Shown here piece after piece: positions 59,713 to 64,000 of a DNA stretch of 64,000 bases. The translations under genes and the position numbers were made by a program. The DNA comes from an uncultured Veillonellaceae bacterium (GTDB lineage: Bacteria > Bacillota > Negativicutes > JARBTT01). The notes under the pieces were generated by a model. That model made no database searches. It saw nothing but the letters and a program-made list of their open reading frames with translations, and had not been told where the DNA came from. The stretch covers positions 448,001 to 512,000 of the forward strand of contig CAWDTA010000002.1 in assembly GCA_963805085.1 (NCBI GenBank), in the 5' to 3' direction. The first letter of the stretch is position 1, and every line of letters begins with the position of its first letter.

Positions 59713-60474
59713 TTAGGCTCTCGAAATCACACTTTGGCTAAAGCCACTGACTCTTGATAGTTGACAAGTAGAAATACTATCGATGTTTTTCAATTCGTGC
59801 AGCATTTCGTTCCGCTTAACTTTCGCAATACCAGTCAACTCTTCTAGCGTTTTTACTCCAGCCATGCGCAAAATCAATAGTTTCAACTCAGCGTCGATCA
59901 TCTTTTCACGCGTCGACTCTAAACATTTTTCTTCCGTTGGCTCGTTCATATATTTTTTAAAAGCAATATTCGCTTTTGCTGTCGTATTACCCATTAAGTT
60001 TAAGCAATAGTTACTATCCACCAATACTGATTTTGCTACATATTCGCCATAACTACTATAGGTATACTTACTAACTTCTGTAGCAATCCCCAGCCTAACT
60101 GGCTCTTGATGGATATACCTTAGTACGGTGAATAGATAGTCATCATCCTCGACAACTTCACTCTTAAATCGGTCATGGAAAAGCTGCCCGGTGCGGCTGT
60201 ATTTGCCGTTATACCAAGCTACATATTTCACGCCGATCCGCTTCATCATATTACCGATTTTCGTCGTACCTTCTTTTATTAATAAGTGCAAATGATCATC
60301 CAATAAACAATACCCATAAACTTGATATTGACAGACATCAACATACTCTGACAACAGTTCCAAAAATTTATCCTTATCACTATGATCGGCAAAAATTGAT
60401 TGATGATCAATTCCCCGTATAATAATATGATAAATACCTGTTGCGCTATAGACTCTAGCTTTTCTTGCCACCAA
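59713..60474 (-). mobile_element. REP-associated tyrosine transposase (RAYT, IS200-like Y1 HUH)
   Basis: RKARVYSATGIYHIIIRG, YCLLDDHLHLL (HUH), GQLFHDRFKS, RYIHQEP, YSSY; C-terminal HTH-like tail. Confidence 0.85.
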
Positions 60475-60748
60475 AATTCACCTCGTCAAATATTTTAAAC
60501 TAACCAAGCCACCGCTGGCTATAAACCATCATTATTTTGCAATTTTGATACGCTGATAGAGTGTGTTTCAAAAAACACACAACCTTAAAATTCAAATTTT
60601 AATATTCCTATAGTACCACATTTAAACACGACAGACTAGAAAAGTCTGAAATATCCGCTAAATTACACAGATAACTTACGTAAAAAGTAAAAGGCACTTT
60701 ACCCGATCCAATGCGATTTGGTAAAATGCCTCCTATGGTACATTGAAA

Positions 60749-61246
60749 TTATAAATTTTTGGCTGGAATAGGTCCACGCGAAAGTGCAATTGCACCAGTA
60801 CGGGCAATTTCGATAATTTCATAATCAGCTAAAACTTCACAAAGTGCATCAATTTTACTTAGTTCACCAGTCAGTTCAATCACCATCGTTTCACGATTGA
60901 CATCAACGATTTTTGCCCTGAAGATTTCCACTACATTGATAATATCTGAACGCGTCGCGGGATTGGCTTTCACTTTGATCATCACCAATTCACGTTGAAT
61001 AGAATCAATTCTCGTTAAGTTAACGATCTTGATCACATCAATCAGTTTATTTAACTGATTCACAACTTGTTCTAACTCGATTTCATCATCAACAGATACC
61101 ACGATGTTAATTCGCGTAACATCAGGTTCTTCTGTATAGCCAGCCGCGATACTTTCAATATTAAAAGCACGTCGACTAATAAGCCCTGCTACATGCGTCA
61201 ATACGCCTGGTCTATTGTCTACTAAAACCGCTAAAATATATTTCAT
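60749..61246 (-). CDS. ilvN: Acetolactate synthase small subunit
   Basis: VDNRPGVL, RRAFNIESI, QLNKLIDVI and EIARTG motifs. Confidence 0.95.
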   Translation of the reverse strand: MKYILAVLVDNRPGVLTHVAGLISRRAFNIESIAAGYTEEPDVTRINIVVSVDDEIELEQVVNQLNKLIDVIKIVNLTRIDSIQRELVMIKVKANPATRSDIINVVEIFRAKIVDVNRETMVIELTGELSKIDALCEVLADYEIIEIARTGAIALSRGPIPAKNL

Positions 61247-62940
61247 TCTTTGCTAGCCCCCAATACCATTTGATCTAATCTACCACCAGCCGGTACCATC
61301 GGTAGTACATCCTCCACTTCTGGTAATAAAACATCAACTAACACTGGACCATCAATCGCAAGTGCTTGCTTTAACACTTCTTCCAATTTTTCAGGTTCTG
61401 TAACGCGAAGTCCATGTACCCCCATAGCCTCAGCCAATTTCACATAATCAGTTTTGCCATTTAACTTGGACTGAGAATACCGTTCTCCATAGAACATTCT
61501 TTGCCATTGCGATACCATCCCAAGTACATGGTTATTCATCACAATGACTTTTACATTGATTCCATAATCAGCTGCTGTCGCAAGCTCTTGGCAATTCATC
61601 ATAATACTACCATCACCGCTAAATAATACAACTGTTCTTTCTGGTTTTGCAAGTTTCGCCCCAATGGCTGCTGGCAGACCATAGCCCATCGTACCTAAGC
61701 CACCAGACGTTAAAAACGACCGTGATTTTAAGAATTGGTAAAACTGCGCCGTCCACATCTGATGTTGCCCCACATCAGTTACGACAATGGTGTCATCATC
61801 CGTCAATTTACTAACTACCTCAATAACCTGCTGTGGCATAATACAGGCTGCTTCCTTATTATAAGAAAGTGGCGTTTTTTTGTTCATTGCAATCACATAA
61901 TCGTGCCACTGCCCATATTGTTCTTTTAAATCCGTTTTTATTTCTGCCAATTTTTCTGCCAATTCTGGCATTGACCAACGTAAATCGCCGATAACTTTAT
62001 AGTCAACGCGAATATTTTTATTAATTTCTGCTGCATCAATATCAAACTGAACAATTTTTGCCAGTGGAGCAAATTGTTCAACAATTCCAGTCACCCGATC
62101 ATCAAAACGCACACCAATCCCAATCAAAGCATCACATTCCATCGTTGCTATATTTGCTGCATACGTCCCGTGCATCCCCAACATGCCTAAATTGGCAGCA
62201 TACGTTGCTGGGATACAACCGAGTCCCATCAAGCTCGAAACTACGGGAATCCCGGTTTGCATAGCGATCTTTTGCAAGTACTCCGCTGTATCGGATAAGG
62301 TCACTCCGCCACCGACAAAGATTACTGGTTTTTTCGCATTTTTAAGCACTTCTAGCACCGCATCAATTTCACAGCTTTCACCTGTAAATTTACCAGTGTA
62401 CCCTTTTAAGTTCACAGTGTCTGGATATACATACGCAAGCTCTGCCGCAAAGACATCTTTTGCGATATCAATCACCACCGGACCTGGTCTGCCCGTGCGC
62501 GCGATATAGAACGCTTCTTTTAAGACCCGTGGCAGGTCCGCTACTTTTTTAACTAAATAATTATGTTTCGTAATCGGTGTCGTAATTCCGCACATATCTG
62601 CTTCCTGAAAAGAGTCCTTCCCAATCAATGGTGTACCCACTTGACCCGTAATGCAAACGAGTGGAATCGAATCCATATTAGCCGTCGCAATACCGGTAAT
62701 CAGGTTTGTCGCCCCAGGGCCGGAAGTTGCAAAGCATACGCCAACCTTCCCCGTCGCCCGCGCATAGCCATCCGCTGCATGCACTGCACCTTGCTCATGT
62801 TTCGTTAAAATATGTGGAAATTCCGATTTATATAATGCATCATATAATGTAAGCACAGCCCCACCAGGATAACCAAACACTACATCCACATCTTCATTTT
62901 TTAAACTTTCTATTACTGCCTGAGCACCATTTATTTTCAA
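61243..62940 (-). CDS. ilvB: Acetolactate synthase large subunit
   Basis: FGYPGGA, HEQGA, TSGPGATN, DVGQHQMW, GGLGTMGYG and GDGS motifs. Confidence 0.96.
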   Translation of the reverse strand: MKINGAQAVIESLKNEDVDVVFGYPGGAVLTLYDALYKSEFPHILTKHEQGAVHAADGYARATGKVGVCFATSGPGATNLITGIATANMDSIPLVCITGQVGTPLIGKDSFQEADMCGITTPITKHNYLVKKVADLPRVLKEAFYIARTGRPGPVVIDIAKDVFAAELAYVYPDTVNLKGYTGKFTGESCEIDAVLEVLKNAKKPVIFVGGGVTLSDTAEYLQKIAMQTGIPVVSSLMGLGCIPATYAANLGMLGMHGTYAANIATMECDALIGIGVRFDDRVTGIVEQFAPLAKIVQFDIDAAEINKNIRVDYKVIGDLRWSMPELAEKLAEIKTDLKEQYGQWHDYVIAMNKKTPLSYNKEAACIMPQQVIEVVSKLTDDDTIVVTDVGQHQMWTAQFYQFLKSRSFLTSGGLGTMGYGLPAAIGAKLAKPERTVVLFSGDGSIMMNCQELATAADYGINVKVIVMNNHVLGMVSQWQRMFYGERYSQSKLNGKTDYVKLAEAMGVHGLRVTEPEKLEEVLKQALAIDGPVLVDVLLPEVEDVLPMVPAGGRLDQMVLGASKE

Positions 62941-63206
62941 AAGAATCTCTCCCCTTTACCACACGTTACAATGTTTTCATAATATTATATAACAAAGTGT
63001 ACACTTCTGTCATTAACTGTTTTTTCTGAAAACAACATTGTGTACATAAAACACATGTATTTTTGCAGAAGATTTTTTTAATTTTATATTGTAAACTTTA
63101 CAACGTTATGGTATTATGGCAATAATTACTTTAGTAATGAAGCTTATAAGGCTACCAAGCCTCTAAGCTTCATTTTTTTATTTTATTGCACTAAATCTTC
63201 TACATA

Positions 63207-63477
63207 GCAAGGGGACAGGTCCCATGTCCCACTACAATCTATCAATCACACTCTTAGAAATTCCTGTCATCTTTGCTAATTGCCATATCTTAATGCATCC
63301 TTTTCTTTTATCTTCCTAATTACGTCATCTCGTTGCTCTTTGTTTCATCGCTGCAATTGACTAATTATTGTTATTGTTATTCCTATTTCACTTTTTGCCC
63401 TAGCTTGTCTTGACATTGTATCACCATTAGTATATCGTCTTTTTATCAAAGGGACAACGAACCTGTCCCCTTGTCCC
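63207..63477 (-). pseudogene. Internally deleted RAYT remnant (63232-63416) between inverted REP-like ends
   Basis: ATG at 63416 gives MSRQARAKSEIGI (RAYT N-terminus) joined to a broken C-terminus ending QLAKMTGISKSVIDRL*; inverted ends CAAGGGGACAGGT..TGTCCC at 63208-63230 and 63451-63473. Confidence 0.7.
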
Positions 63478-63577
63478 TATTATATTTATATATTGTAATC
63501 ATTTTTTAACCAATGGTATAATCTATACGTGTGAGAATCTAAGGTTACTCAAAACGTAAAGGCGGGAATAAATTATA

Positions 63578-64000
63578 ATGAATGTTAAATTTTCTCCTTC
63601 GCTGATGTGTATGGACTTGATGAATATTGAAAGTGAGATCAAAAAGTTAGATACAAAAGCGGATTATTATCATGTGGATATTATCGATTGGCATTATTGC
63701 AAGAATATGTCGCTGGCACCTTGTTTCATAGAAGCCATTCACCGGATAACGAATGTACCACAGGAGGCGCATTTGTACGTAGATAACATTGATACTGATC
63801 TAATCGATTTATGCATTGAAAGCGGTGCTGAAATCATTACTATGCCACCAGAAGTTATTGAAAGGAACGCTTTTCGCCTAATACGTCAGATTAAAAAAGC
63901 AGGAAAGAAAGTGGGGATTTTTATCAATCCGGCTGTGAACCTGCAGGTTATAGAACCGTATATAGATTTAATAGATAGGCTTTTAATTATGACGGTAGAT
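63578..64000 (+). CDS. alsE: Ribulose-phosphate 3-epimerase family, D-allulose-6-phosphate 3-epimerase-like (partial; runs off the window end)
   Basis: Not in ORF track. Read manually: MNVKFSPSLMCMDL...YHVDIID...EAHLYV...INPA...LIMTVD. Confidence 0.75.
   Translation, partial: MNVKFSPSLMCMDLMNIESEIKKLDTKADYYHVDIIDWHYCKNMSLAPCFIEAIHRITNVPQEAHLYVDNIDTDLIDLCIESGAEIITMPPEVIERNAFRLIRQIKKAGKKVGIFINPAVNLQVIEPYIDLIDRLLIMTVD

Noticed and set aside
63020-63075. CodY-box-like sequences upstream of ilvB
   Set aside because: Only about 11 of 15 positions match, in very AT-rich DNA; biologically plausible but not distinguishable from chance
1-64000. Many 60-150 aa ORFs in the track that lie antisense to or overlap recognised genes
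   Set aside because: Shadow ORFs with no RBS or motifs, explained by codon bias of the real genes
1-64000. CRISPR array, tRNA/rRNA genes, integrase or intact prophage
   Set aside because: No regularly spaced repeat-spacer array, tRNA/rRNA signature or phage/integrase motif was seen; the repeats found occur as two copies only

Overview
A 64 kb chromosomal segment from a low-GC anaerobic Firmicute (Bacillota); a Negativicutes-like origin is an inference only. Most of it is catabolic or housekeeping DNA: two sigma54-driven sugar-acid operons, two glycyl-radical enzyme (GRE) loci, T-box-regulated serA with divergent serC, a Hyf-like group 4 hydrogenase operon, galKET-lacI, ilvBN and a RAYT transposase with a deleted derivative. 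One GRE locus is YbiW/FsaA-like; the other has an unusual CGCVVP cysteine loop and is unassigned. The strongest novelty candidate is an AT-rich island at about 33.5-40.3 kb bounded by a 42-bp direct repeat. It carries an unannotated 19-aa precursor peptide (MSIKKIAKTSTIASITHRS), a ThiF/MccB-like adenylyltransferase, an MFS exporter, an OppA-like protein with no signal peptide, and a divergent ABC-F. This looks like a RiPP system whose precursor fits neither microcin C nor pantocin. A highly structured stand-alone ncRNA candidate at about 33.04-33.30 kb lies next to the island. All functional calls come from motif recognition by eye; no database searches were run.
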